From a virus, in the IMG/VR virus record IMGVR_UViG_3300046330_000229, positions 1-64,000 of that record: a stretch of DNA of 64,000 nt; one strand, written 5' to 3'. The notes beneath the pieces were generated by a model. The model made no database searches, was not told the DNA's origin, and saw only the letters and a list, made by a program, of their open reading frames with translations. Position numbers and translations under genes: made by a program. Positions 30,759 to 42,110 of this stretch are shown piece after piece. Positions within the stretch are counted from its first letter, which is position 1; every line of letters starts with the position of its first letter.

Positions 30759-31036
30759 TAGAAGTACCGTTGATTCTCTTTAGGTAGCGGTTTTAAGTTA
30801 TTTTTTACAGCAATACCACTAAGAGTGTCTCGCATTTGCTCTAACTCAGCCTTAACTTGTTGATCTAACGGTTTAATAGCTTTACTGTCTAAGTATTTAC
30901 TATAAGCGTAAAGTCCTGTAAGGCTTATACCAAATATAGCCATAGGGAACGATGCGTCAGCAAACAACATACGTATAGAAATTAGACAAATCAAAGCCAA
31001 AGATACATTAATTTTTTTAATATGATCCATAAACAT
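30758..31036 (-). CDS. Two-TM membrane protein
   Basis: Two hydrophobic segments followed by a coiled-coil; first gene of the late operon. Confidence 0.55.
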   Translation of the reverse strand: MFMDHIKKINVSLALICLISIRMLFADASFPMAIFGISLTGLYAYSKYLDSKAIKPLDQQVKAELEQMRDTLSGIAVKNNLKPLPKENQRYF

Positions 31037-31212
31037 CCTTATTTTTAGATAACATGAACTTTTCGTGCGTCTATATTGCTTATAAGCATTGTGATAACGT
31101 CACATTACGCGTACTTCGTCTTCTACTATCTACTATATATGTTAAATAAACACTTGACAAAGCTTAAATTATATGATACAGTGTAATAAACATAAAACAA
31201 GGAGATGGAATT

Positions 31213-32031
31213 TTGAACAAAGCTATTATTATCGGAGTATTAGGAGTAACGTTACTCGCGGGCACTGTTGTAGTCAGTGGAAACTCGTCAACACCAGAAG
31301 TATCAACAACATTAATTAATGTACCGCAGTTAGGTGGAACTGAAACTTCCAGCAAGCCTGGATCACAAGAGGGAACTGTAGTACCAACCACAGTAAGCGT
31401 TACAAAAATTAGCGTGGATTCATCAGCGGTGTTGAAATTTAATGTCCCAGTCGTAACTGAATCAGTAGATATTGCTATTGACTTCTTATCCAAGTCAACT
31501 GCTGATAAGATCTATTTAGAATTAGACAGTCCTGGCGGTAGTGTGGTTGACGGTGCACGTTTAATTGAGTACATTAAACATTCTAAAAAGAATATCTACA
31601 CGGTGTGTAACAATTTTTGCGCGTCTATGGCGTTTCATATTTTTCAAACAGGCAAAGAGCGTCTTTTAGTTGACAAAGCTATTTTGATGGCGCATCCTGC
31701 GTCTGGTGGCGCACAGGGTACTTTAGAAAATATGAGTGAACAGTTAAAAATGTTCCGACTATACGTTGATCGGATGGACGCTGATGTTGCTAAGCGTGCT
31801 AAAATTGACTACAGTGTATTTAAAACTATGGTGGCTAACAATTTATGGGTAGAAACTCCTGAAGCTCTTGCTCTATCTCTTGCTGACAAAGTTGTACACT
31901 TAGAAGTTAATTATTCTGGATTTTCTGGAGATCGAGAATCGGTAACGGATGTTATGCAGATTATGCGCGATAAAAAATTATGGAATGATCGCATTTCTAA
32001 TATTAAAGGTTATCAGTTCATTTTAAAATAG
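31213..32031 (+). CDS. ClpP/S14-like serine protease with N-terminal signal/TM segment
   Basis: LDSPGGSV, CASMA (catalytic Ser), MAHP (His); hydrophobic N-terminus and T/S-rich linker. Confidence 0.8.
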   Translation: MNKAIIIGVLGVTLLAGTVVVSGNSSTPEVSTTLINVPQLGGTETSSKPGSQEGTVVPTTVSVTKISVDSSAVLKFNVPVVTESVDIAIDFLSKSTADKIYLELDSPGGSVVDGARLIEYIKHSKKNIYTVCNNFCASMAFHIFQTGKERLLVDKAILMAHPASGGAQGTLENMSEQLKMFRLYVDRMDADVAKRAKIDYSVFKTMVANNLWVETPEALALSLADKVVHLEVNYSGFSGDRESVTDVMQIMRDKKLWNDRISNIKGYQFILK

Positions 32032-32294
32032 TTTTTGACGGGATGTGATCGTGAACATAGCTGGTAATGTAAATAAATTAAAAGCGATATCTGAAAAACT
32101 CAACATGATAGACATCTCTCTATCATGTCCCGTTGTTACCTCACAAGCATATAGAACGCAAGTGTCATTACAGTATGATTACTTTATGGAATTTATAGGA
32201 TTGTACGAAGATACGCAAAATTATCTAGACGAACAAGAACAGACGTTGGATATTCGTAGATATAAAAAAGAATTAAATCAATTTTGGAGAATGT

Positions 32295-32819
32295 ATGAAA
32301 TTTAAAGTTGGAGACGTTGTTACAGCAAAGGACTACGGCATTGAAGCTGGGTATGTTTTGACTTCTTTCATGGACGGTTCATCTGAAGTTTATGAAATTA
32401 AAACTACTAACGGGTCTATGTATTTTGATGGCAACACCTTAAGTCTATACACTCCTCCTATGATAGAAATCACAGATACGAACACTTCTGAAGGTGTTAA
32501 ATTTGACCAAGGTAAGCCTGATTTAACCGACATTCCTTTAGAGGCTATGTGGGAAATGGGAAAAGCTTTTACCTACGGTCAGAAAAAGTACGGCAAATCA
32601 AACTATCGCAAAGGTATGTTGGTTTCTAGACAACTTGCTGCAGCAATACGACATGTGTATCAGCACTTAGACGGAGAGACTATTGATCCCGAATCTTCTG
32701 CTTTTCATCTCGGGCACGCGTTGGCTAGTATTTCAATGGCTATTTATAATTTAAAAAACAACCCACATTTAGACGACAGGTTTCCTGGGGATTTGAAAAA
32801 ACATGAAACAAGTAAATAA
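32295..32819 (+). CDS. dATP/dGTP diphosphohydrolase (DUF5664 family) with extra N-terminal domain
   Basis: GVKFDQGKP, TYGQKKYG..NYRKG, AAIRH, DPES..HLGHA motifs. Confidence 0.8.
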   Translation: MKFKVGDVVTAKDYGIEAGYVLTSFMDGSSEVYEIKTTNGSMYFDGNTLSLYTPPMIEITDTNTSEGVKFDQGKPDLTDIPLEAMWEMGKAFTYGQKKYGKSNYRKGMLVSRQLAAAIRHVYQHLDGETIDPESSAFHLGHALASISMAIYNLKNNPHLDDRFPGDLKKHETSK

Positions 32820-34620
32820 ATTTATTAAGTTCTGGAACGTTGTTCTGTTATTTATCCCATTTTACTTAGCATTTGCTGTACATAGTCCTACCAAAGTTGC
32901 ATACATTAACAATACGATATGTTCATATCTTTATGTTATAAGTGCTTTTATTTTAAATGAAGTAATTCTTAATATAGCATTATCAATTAGGAGTATTTTT
33001 GGATCTTAAAGGTAAATTCATTAAACACGAACTGAGTATGGACGTTTGTTACAAAGTACTTAACGATGATGAAAACGACGTACTGGTTGACGCATGGAAT
33101 ATGGGTCAAACATCAGCGTATCCTATTGGTGAAACTTTTACACTAGTGAAGAATTTGCTTGACAAAAAATGGTTTGTGTGTGATAATGATAAGTATATAT
33201 TAGATAATAATCTTTCTTTTTCGGAGGCAAAATGGACGCGATTAGGTACGTAGCTATTAAACTTGAAACAGGACTTAACGGTTTTGTTGATACTATTCAA
33301 AACACTTTATGTGATATGATGGGTATTAACGAGACGCCTGTAATAGATAATGAAATTAAAAAAACATACAGATTGAATCGTATTATTTCTTATTTTAAAG
33401 GTAACATTGATTCTCAGTACATTCTTAAAACGGATAAGGACGAAGCAACGTTATACACTAGCGAACTAGATACATCTTGGTGGAAAGCAAAAACTCCTTT
33501 AATGAAAGTAAAATCTAACGGAAATGGCATTACCGTAACACATAGACCTGGAGATGTTAGAAGTAAATTTAAAAAATTCGAACTAAATTATGCTGACGCT
33601 GAATATCTATTAATTCTGTTAAAATCTTTAGATTATGGTCAACACACTAAGCACAGAAAGATCGAGTACTAGTATGAAGTTCGAGATAAATAAGATGTAT
33701 AAAAATCTTTATAAAGATGAAAAAATGGCATTCATTGTTGACGAAGTTTTAGGTCAAGGTGCTAACGGATCAGATCTAGTAGTGACGTGGTATCAACAAA
33801 CTGATAACGGTAGATACATTAGCATAGGTATTGATGGAGAATTTCATATTCCCAAAGATAGCGTTATGTATTATATGGAAATTTAATGTTTAATAATAAG
33901 CGGTTTATACAAACAGTAGTTGATTTTATTAAAGCACATCCGCTTTCTTTATCTATGTATGCAGAAGATGTTACTAGAGACGGCATAAAAAATGAAAATA
34001 CAAAAATTAGAATTTTATCAAACGATGACGATAGAGACCTCTACATAATACTAACCGTAGATTTTTCAGGTAACATAGTACAGGTCAACGGGGTGGATAT
34101 TGACTTACAATTTGTGACAGAACTTCAGTCATTAATAGAAGAGTCTGTTATAAATAAATACCAAGTAATTGAGAAACTTAATAGAATAGGAGCTTTAGAA
34201 TGAAATGCACAGCTTTTGATAGATTTAAAAAAAGACTACAAATTGAAGTATTAGACGGCGCAGAAGAGACCGTTATCACACAAACTGTAGGCGGGCGCGA
34301 TTACAACGTTACATTTATTCTTCAGTTTTACGATATGAAACAAAAGCCTATTTACGTAGAAAAAAAACGAGAACCTGCGGACGGACAGAAAGACAAAAAT
34401 GATTAAATATACATTAATTTTTACTTTACTTTATAGTAACCACTCTACGGCTGAAACGTGGAATTATAAAAACGGCATGAGCATTACAGCAAAAGATTAT
34501 AAATCTGCCGCAAAAGAGTGCTACAGAAAACTTACTGGCGGTAAATACGTAGGCGAAGAAGCTTCGCTAAATATTATCGATTTGTGTGTAAACCCTAAAT
34601 CCTTTCAAGGAGTAAAGTAA
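32803..34620 (+). other. Run of seven small overlapping hypothetical CDSs
   Basis: ORF track shows translationally coupled 68-146 aa ORFs. Confidence 0.55.
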
Positions 34621-34621
34621 C

Positions 34622-35584
34622 ATGTCTAGTGTATTTCAAAAACATTCCGGTAAATATTTATTGGCTAGCAAATCTGAGATATTTGAGGAACTTCCATCTG
34701 ACGTATATACCGTACAAAACACACGTGAAGGTGTATTCTTTACACCATTAAAAATTCAAAAAGATTCTTTAATCCGCGTACCAAATTCTATCACTGATGA
34801 AGTTGTGTCTTTTATTGAAAACTTTACAAAACAAGAAACAAAAGAACGATATAAACAGTGTAAAATTACACACAAAACTGCGGTATTGTTACACGGAACT
34901 GCTGGATCAGGTAAGTCTGGAACATTAAATCTAATTATAGATGATATAGTAAGAACCGGCGGCATTGTTCTTTTTGACACTGATCCTAAGTTAGTTGCAG
35001 CCATTTTACCCGCTTTACGCGAACAAAATCCTGAAAAACTTATTTGTGTGGTGTATGAAGAGTTTGATGAATGGTTGCAGTCAAGTCAATCCACTATTAA
35101 TTCTTTTCTTGACGGACAATTAAGCGTTAATAATATGGTAGTGTTAGCCACTACAAATTATTTATCGCGCATTCCTAGTAGGATTAAAAATAGACCATCG
35201 CGATTTCAACTAGTGAAAGAAATTGGCGTACCGTCTGCTGAATTTAGACAAGAATGGTTATCTCGCAAGCTAGAAGAAATTGGTCAATCTGATAAGTTGG
35301 CGGAAATGGTACAAGTATCTGACGGTATGGTTGTGGATCAAATGAAAGATTTAATTGTATCACACATCGCTTTGCAGATTCCTTTGCACGAGGTGGTGAA
35401 AAAGTTACAGGACATGTCTTCTAACGCAGCAGGCATGGACGACTACAATGACTTCGAAACGCAGAAGCATATAAATGCTTCAAATGAACGTTTTAAGCTA
35501 GAAAAGGTTTTTAAAGCTCTTTCTGTACCTAATATAGTGTCTTTGTCATCTCAAAATGAACCAGAAGAGCCTACGGATTGGTAG
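34622..35584 (+). CDS. AAA+ ATPase
   Basis: LLHGTAGSGKS, VYEEFD, LATTNY, RIKNRPSRF. Confidence 0.85.
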   Translation: MSSVFQKHSGKYLLASKSEIFEELPSDVYTVQNTREGVFFTPLKIQKDSLIRVPNSITDEVVSFIENFTKQETKERYKQCKITHKTAVLLHGTAGSGKSGTLNLIIDDIVRTGGIVLFDTDPKLVAAILPALREQNPEKLICVVYEEFDEWLQSSQSTINSFLDGQLSVNNMVVLATTNYLSRIPSRIKNRPSRFQLVKEIGVPSAEFRQEWLSRKLEEIGQSDKLAEMVQVSDGMVVDQMKDLIVSHIALQIPLHEVVKKLQDMSSNAAGMDDYNDFETQKHINASNERFKLEKVFKALSVPNIVSLSSQNEPEEPTDW

Positions 35585-35662
35585 AATTAAAAATAATACT
35601 TGACAAACCATAAAAAGTAGTTTATTCTAAGTTAAACAAACAAAGAAGTAGGAGTACCTTCG

Positions 35663-36730
35663 ATGAATATTAAAGAATTAAAACAGTTTTTACCATACGC
35701 ATTAACAGTGAAAGCTTCCGTTATGATTAACGGTTTACACGGCATTGGTAAGTCTCAGCTAGTAAAACAATTTGCTGACGAGAATGGATTAGATTTTATC
35801 GACATCCGATTATCACAAATTGATGCTACAGATTTGATCGGTTTACCTGATGTGTCAGGTGAAACTACTAAATTCAAGCCGCCAGCTTGGTTACCTCAAG
35901 ACCCAAATTCTAAAGGTATTTTATTTCTAGACGAATTATTTCGCGGTCGTCGTGACGTATTACAGGCTGTCTTTCAATTAGTACTAGACAGAAAGACCGC
36001 TTCTTATTGTCTACCTGAAGGATGGCACGTTGTGTCAGCGAACAATCCCTCGACTGACGACTACGACGTAACTAACGTATTTGACGCTGCACTATTAGAC
36101 CGTTTCTTACATATTAAACTTGAGCCAACAAAAGCTGAATGGTTTGATTACGTAAAGAAAGATGAATCAGTTGATCAGATGTTTGTTGAATACCTACAAA
36201 CACAAGAAGGTATGATTGAAGACTCCACACTAAAAGCTGCTGACTTTAAACGTAAACCTTCACGCCGATCTAATCACTTGGCTGGGCGCTTATTAAAAAC
36301 AGGACTACCTTCAAATCTAATGATCGAAGCTATTGCCGGACTTGTTGGTATCGAATCAGCCATCGCTTTTGATGCTTATAAAAAAGATAACGAAACTGCC
36401 CCGTTTAAACCAGAAGAAATCTTAACTAAACTTAAAGATATTAAAGATAAAGTAGTTAAGTATGCTGACATGGAAAAGGGTAGACATGACGTACTAACTG
36501 TGTCTTTAGACAACTTACGTATGGCTATTGAACAAAAGCAGCCTACAGTTAAACAAACCGACAATCTAGTTGTTTTCTTAAAACTTATTCCTAAAGATAT
36601 GTCTGTTGGATTTGTTCGAACACTTGCTGTAAGTAATATTAAAGAAGTTACGGCATACTGTTTAGAAGTATTGTTCAAACACCCAGACATTGATGAAGCA
36701 TTAGGTTTACCAGCAAAAGAGAAAGCTTAG
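35663..36730 (+). CDS. MoxR-like AAA+ ATPase
   Basis: GLHGIGKS, DIRLSQ, DLIGLP, ILFLDEL, SANNP, DAALLDRF, PSRRS. Confidence 0.88.
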   Translation: MNIKELKQFLPYALTVKASVMINGLHGIGKSQLVKQFADENGLDFIDIRLSQIDATDLIGLPDVSGETTKFKPPAWLPQDPNSKGILFLDELFRGRRDVLQAVFQLVLDRKTASYCLPEGWHVVSANNPSTDDYDVTNVFDAALLDRFLHIKLEPTKAEWFDYVKKDESVDQMFVEYLQTQEGMIEDSTLKAADFKRKPSRRSNHLAGRLLKTGLPSNLMIEAIAGLVGIESAIAFDAYKKDNETAPFKPEEILTKLKDIKDKVVKYADMEKGRHDVLTVSLDNLRMAIEQKQPTVKQTDNLVVFLKLIPKDMSVGFVRTLAVSNIKEVTAYCLEVLFKHPDIDEALGLPAKEKA

Positions 36731-36738
36731 TACTTAAT

Positions 36739-37917
36739 ATGAAAAATAATCCATTAACTGACACAGTGTCGTCTATGTTATCCGAATTTCCATACTACGC
36801 ACAACTGCTGTTGTGTATGGATAGACGATTAACAGACCAAGTACCGATTGCTGGAGTATCCTTCAAACACGGTCGAGTTACTTTACACATTAACCCTAAT
36901 ACGTTTAATACGCTAACACCGTCACAACGTAAAGGGGTTTTATTACACGAATGTTGTCATATTATTTATAATCATTTCGGTAGATTTGAATTAAATAACA
37001 AAACTAACATTGCTACTGATCGCGTAATTAATGAAATAGTTAATAAGGTGTACTACGATAGTATTCCCGATGTATTAAATGTAGAAGGTATTGGTGACGT
37101 TAGACCGATTACGCCGCTTAATTTTAAAAGCTATTTAAAACCTAATACTCCAGTTCTTGAATTTCAACCAGCAGAGTATTATTTAAGTCTTCTTAATACA
37201 GAAGGTAACGGTAAAGCTGACGAGCCTCAAGAATTTAATTTTGATGATCATTCTGGTATGGATTCAGAAGGTGACGGAGCGGGATCAGCAAATGAAGTGA
37301 TTAAACAACAAATTCGTGCTATTTTAAATAAAGCTAAGGAAAAAACTAAAGCTATGGCTGGCAATATTCCTTCAGATGTTCTACTAGCCTTAGATGCTAT
37401 GAATAATGATACGCTGCCGTGGAATGCTGTACTACGTAAATTTATTGATAAAGCTACAGACGTTGTTCTTGATGGATCTAGAAAAAAAAGAAATAGACGC
37501 ACAGGCTTACTAGCTCCAGGAATTATTAAAGAGCCTAAGTTAAAAATTGGTGTAGCTATGGATACATCTGGTAGTGTTAGTGACGATTTTATTTCTGCAT
37601 TTTTAGGAGAACTAGATAAAATTTACGGTACAGGTATTACTGATATCCGTGTAACTTTTGGTGATACAGTACCGAACGATGTTGTACAATATAAGCCTAG
37701 AACTAAAATGAACATGTCTGGACGTGGCGGTACGTTATTTCAACCATTCTTGGATAAGTTAAATGACGAAGATGTTGATGTAATTGTTTACTTCACTGAT
37801 GGCGATAATTATGATACTATTCAAACAAAAATTCCCGTGTTATGGTGTCTATGTCCTAACTATTCAATACCTAAAGGCGCTAAAGAGCGCGACTGTGTGA
37901 AGATGAAACTTGGCTAG
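36739..37917 (+). CDS. Metallopeptidase-vWA protein (DUF2201-like), MoxR partner
   Basis: LLHECCH (HExxH), NIATD..IN, MIDAS DTSGS, GRGGT, YFTDG. Confidence 0.85.
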   Translation: MKNNPLTDTVSSMLSEFPYYAQLLLCMDRRLTDQVPIAGVSFKHGRVTLHINPNTFNTLTPSQRKGVLLHECCHIIYNHFGRFELNNKTNIATDRVINEIVNKVYYDSIPDVLNVEGIGDVRPITPLNFKSYLKPNTPVLEFQPAEYYLSLLNTEGNGKADEPQEFNFDDHSGMDSEGDGAGSANEVIKQQIRAILNKAKEKTKAMAGNIPSDVLLALDAMNNDTLPWNAVLRKFIDKATDVVLDGSRKKRNRRTGLLAPGIIKEPKLKIGVAMDTSGSVSDDFISAFLGELDKIYGTGITDIRVTFGDTVPNDVVQYKPRTKMNMSGRGGTLFQPFLDKLNDEDVDVIVYFTDGDNYDTIQTKIPVLWCLCPNYSIPKGAKERDCVKMKLG

Positions 37918-38068
37918 TGATACATCTTTACATTTTTATGTACAACAGATAGGTGTTACGCCTATGTCCGAATTATTAGAGCAAATTAAAAGATACCGAC
38001 TATGGAGAGAAGGTATGTCAAAGATTACTTCTTTGTATTTTACTGACGGAAGGTTTAAAAATGAATAG
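37910..38068 (+). CDS. Family B micro-paralog (IGxxP), not in the ORF track
   Basis: TTG start; MASDTSLHFYVQQIGVTPMSELLEQ...; 52 aa; overlaps both neighbours. Confidence 0.55.
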   Translation: MASDTSLHFYVQQIGVTPMSELLEQIKRYRLWREGMSKITSLYFTDGRFKNE

Positions 38069-38389
38069 TACAACAACGGCTATATGTAGTAAAATTGAAG
38101 AGATTATCGGTACATTTAAAAGTAAAATCCGAACAGCAGAAGCTTTAATGAAAGTGTTGGAGACGTTATCTCTTTATGAAGTTGGGATTGATAAAAATTC
38201 ACACAGACTATATCATTTTAAATATAAACTTATTAATGACGTGAGTAGTAATGAAGTACAATTTAAGATTGTAGCATTTCCTATTGACGCTTTAATGGGA
38301 GAACAAGATAGAGTATTATCAGTTGATGACTTACAAAATAATTACTTACCCTACTCTGTTAGTACAAGACAGGTGTTACCGGATAAAAA

Positions 38390-39498
38390 ATGAAAATAGA
38401 CCTTGGAGTACTGGACACACCTTATATATACATAATTCCTTATATGTTAGGTAAAACTTCTATTACTTGGTGTTTTATTTACCAAAACGCTATTATAAAG
38501 GCTAACACAGATGTGTGTGTTTCTAGTACAAGATTCTGGCGCTTAACTGAGATACTGTCTAAAAGATTTGGAATTGTTATATAATGAGACATTGGACAAG
38601 TAGATTCTTGCATAGAGAAAATAGTGCTAGCCACGTTTTTATATTTAAAATTCTATGTTTTTATTTAGGCAAAGTTCCTTTAAAATATTTGTCTGTGTAC
38701 ATAGAGATGTTGTGTAGAATAAGTTTTTCACAAGAAGTGGAATTTCTTAGGTATAGTAAAATAGACCAATACCTAGATAAAAGGCTTGTTAGACAATACG
38801 GGAGACATAATGTTTAAGGTGGGTAAGTGGACAAAGTACGCAACACAGCCTGATATCATTACCACACACGTACTAGGTAACTTAACTAAACACATAGGCA
38901 TTATGCCGATGGTAACTTTAACTAAATATGTAGAATTTATGTACCGTATAAAATTCGATAGGACTGTTTCAGCAGCTAGATACTACCGTCTTCGCCCTTA
39001 CTTACTAAGACGAATTACTAGACAATACGGAGTAATTCGGTGAATAATTTGAATAATTATACCTACGCTACGTTTTTTAATAGAAACTACCTATGTATAG
39101 CTTTGATGAAAAGAATCGGACAAATGCCCATGCGTTTTATACTACTATATACAAAAGCTTTGTATCATTCATGGAATAACTATATGTATTTAAAAACTGG
39201 TCCAGTTGGTAAGTATGACCGTTTATGTGAATGGTTAATGAAACGATATAACATAAGGTTTAGATAAATGGTCAGGTACGAATTTTTTATAGAAAGTGAA
39301 TTTACTGTACGACACCTTCGGACCGCAGTGGGTGTGATTCCTTGTAGAGTTATAGCCTTTTGGATTAATCTTATATGGAACACTTATTGCGATAGCTCAA
39401 GACAAATGACATACTTGAGATATAATAAATTGTGCGACCGAGTGATTAAACGTTATCCGCAAATTTTTGTTGACAAACCTACCTATTCTATGATATAG
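38390..39498 (+). other. Five family B micro-paralog CDSs (38390, 38584, ~38810, 39040, 39268)
   Basis: MLGKTS, YLGKVP, HIGIMP, RIGQMP, AVGVIP; shared C-terminal Y..L...L..RY/F pattern. Confidence 0.65.
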
Positions 39499-39523
39499 TG
39501 ATAGTATACCGCAAGGAGTTATA

Positions 39524-39898
39524 GTGAAAGATTTAGTGATGCCTAGGCTGTTAAAAGTTGTCGATATTTCAGCACCAGATAGACGTAACAGGATATATAC
39601 AAAAGTGCACATGTTCATGATGGACAGCGACCATTTTTTACGCCTAGCTAACTCGTTTAACTATGGTGAAATTTCAGCACTGGAGTGCCGAGTGGGTGTG
39701 TGCGTTAAACATCCCGACGATGACCATAATCCCAATTATAGCCAAGAGTTGGCCGAGTCTAGGTATAAGAAAATCTTATCTCGCATATTACATATCCTTA
39801 GTACCCCGAGCGAAGTTGTTATACAAACCGAGCATTACAGAATCGAGTATAGCCGGCTCGATCACTCATTATTCGTATCAGCTACCTCGCCATTATGA
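39524..39898 (+). CDS. Hypothetical protein
   Basis: AAGGAG RBS and sigma70-like promoter upstream. Confidence 0.55.
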   Translation: MKDLVMPRLLKVVDISAPDRRNRIYTKVHMFMMDSDHFLRLANSFNYGEISALECRVGVCVKHPDDDHNPNYSQELAESRYKKILSRILHILSTPSEVVIQTEHYRIEYSRLDHSLFVSATSPL

Positions 39899-40131
39899 GT
39901 GGCCGCCCTCGTTAAAATTTGACGCAATACAGGCCGCTCTAATAATAACTTTTCGTCTACAAAACATAATACTCTAACACATATCTAAGGTTATTAGTTT
40001 TAGGGCATTAATAACCAAAAATGACTATTAACTTTTGCCTTACAGGATATATAAATAGTGCTTCAAATCGAATATAACAGCAACAGAAGAAAAGACTTGA
40101 CTTTATACTCTGTGTGTGGTATTGTTATTAT

Positions 40132-42024
40132 ATGAGCGCGTACAATATACCAAAAGCTGTGTTAGAACGGGTACTTAGCGGATTAGGGGTGGCCCCTTCT
40201 GCAAATATTGCACGCCTTTTATGTGCTTTGGAATGTTACTATACAACCTCTTACGAGTCGGATTCTGAGTTATTTGATGAAGTGGCTACCCTCAATATTA
40301 AAGAAAGACTAAGAAAGTTCTACCCAACAAAGGACTATTCTCAGATTTACTATTACGAAGAAGCTCGGGTTACAAAACTTAACATAGAAAAGTTATTAGA
40401 TGAAGCAGCCGTATGATGCTATTGTCAAACAGGCCTTCACTGACTATATAGGAGTGGCTCCTATGTCTGCTATTTTAGCCTACATAGACGATTATTTAAT
40501 AGTTACATGGAAACATTTCGGCTGGGTTACTGTTGAAAATCCCACACCAAGCTTATATAAGGCAGCGTCGGCAGTGTCTAGACATATAGACATACACGGT
40601 ATAGAACATCGATATGACGCAACCAACGCTAAGTGGATAGCTTATATTAGACAGGAGCAGATATGACGTACGAATTGAATCATGAAGCCCGTCGAATAAT
40701 ACTATCTCTTATTGGAGTAGCTCCTATGGAAGTTATTAATTTACATTTATCAAATCTTGAAACTAGGACACCAGCACGAAGTTATCGATGGGCACTTATA
40801 CGTGAATATGACCATATTAGGATGTACCCAACTATTGATAATGTTTGTCTTTTAGGTGATGACGGCAGATGTTATTATTACAATAAATATCAAGAGTATA
40901 TGACTGTATGGGAAGCTACAATATGACAGTGAGACACCACATATCATCCTTTATCGGTATTGTACCCATGGAACTGATAACGAAGTCATTACTTCATTAC
41001 GGAGGGTGCCATTATGACATCGGGGCCGCGTGGGTGCTACATCCTAAAAATAAGACCGTTAAGCTCTATAGAGCAGCCAATAGCGATTTACACTTAAGTA
41101 CTGACGGTGAGATATACATAAGTGATAGATGGGCCTTATTTAGATTAAACAGGATTTCTTTATGAATAAAGATATAGGCTATCTAGTTGAAAACATTGGT
41201 ATAATACCTACAAAGGTTATTACATTAGCTATTAAAAAAGAACTACGGCGTTGTGACACAAATCGTGGACATTGGTCGGAAACAGCAGAACCGAGTACAT
41301 ATTGGCCCGTTATGTACTCAGAAGAGATATATTACATTGACGAACAAGGTGAGTTCTATTATACAGCATTTGATGGGTCATGGCAGATATGGAGAGAGTC
41401 TCGTGACTAAAGAAGAGTTTGTAGAACTAGTGGGTATTATGCCTTCAAACGAGCTATTACTGTGCTGGGAGCGTTCTACTGACGAACGGAATGAAAGACT
41501 ACGCACAGGCAGGTCTACCGGCTACGCGTGGACTGAAATGGACGGACTACCTATGTGTACGTTATATCGAGTTAATCGTAACTGGTTGTACGGATCTGAT
41601 GGTAATTGCTATATATTAGATGTATCAGAAGAGGTAGGCCTGGAAGTGTGGCATATATGGGAGAAAGTGTCATGACAATAGCTCAAACTATAATGCAAGG
41701 ACTGGGAATTATGCCTACAAAGGTTATAGCTAATCTATTAAAAGAATACAAGGGTGTTGGTGACTACAAAGTACACACCGTATTATGGAGGCGTGCTGGT
41801 AGTAAAAATAACAAACATAAATTCTTATGTAAAGGACATAGTACTAGTTATTACCACGATGTGTATACAAATGGTAAGAGATTGTATTTAGACACAACTG
41901 GAGGAATGTTCCTTATTCCTAATACGGAGAAACAAGCCTAATGACAATACGAGATGTGATAGCTTCCAGCATAGGGGTTATACCCGCCCACAATGTTAAA
42001 GAGTTATTAGCTTATAATGATTGA
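40132..42024 (+). other. Eight family B micro-paralog CDSs (40132, 40400, 40663, ~40923, 41162, ~41403, 41672, and a short 27-aa one at 41941)
   Basis: GLGVAP, YIGVAP, LIGVAP, FIGIVP, NIGIIP, LVGIMP, GLGIMP, SIGVIP near each N-terminus. Confidence 0.7.
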
Positions 42025-42110
42025 ACTGAGGTTATTAGTTATATAGTGCTTAGCGAGCTAGTGAGACTGTCACCACGGCCCATCGCGTATACACCTCCTA
42101 CCCCCCTATA

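Noticed and set aside
1666-30783. Many plus-strand ORFs antisense to structural genes (e.g. 1666, 3829, 5443, 7093, 9269, 13041, 14853, 20245, 26353, 30481)
   Set aside because: They overlap longer, well-supported minus-strand genes, lack RBSs and show no recognisable motifs; they are shadow ORFs
37910-42024. Diversity-generating retroelement or retron behind the paralog arrays/ncRNAs
   Set aside because: No reverse transcriptase in the window and no near-identical template/variable repeat pair seen
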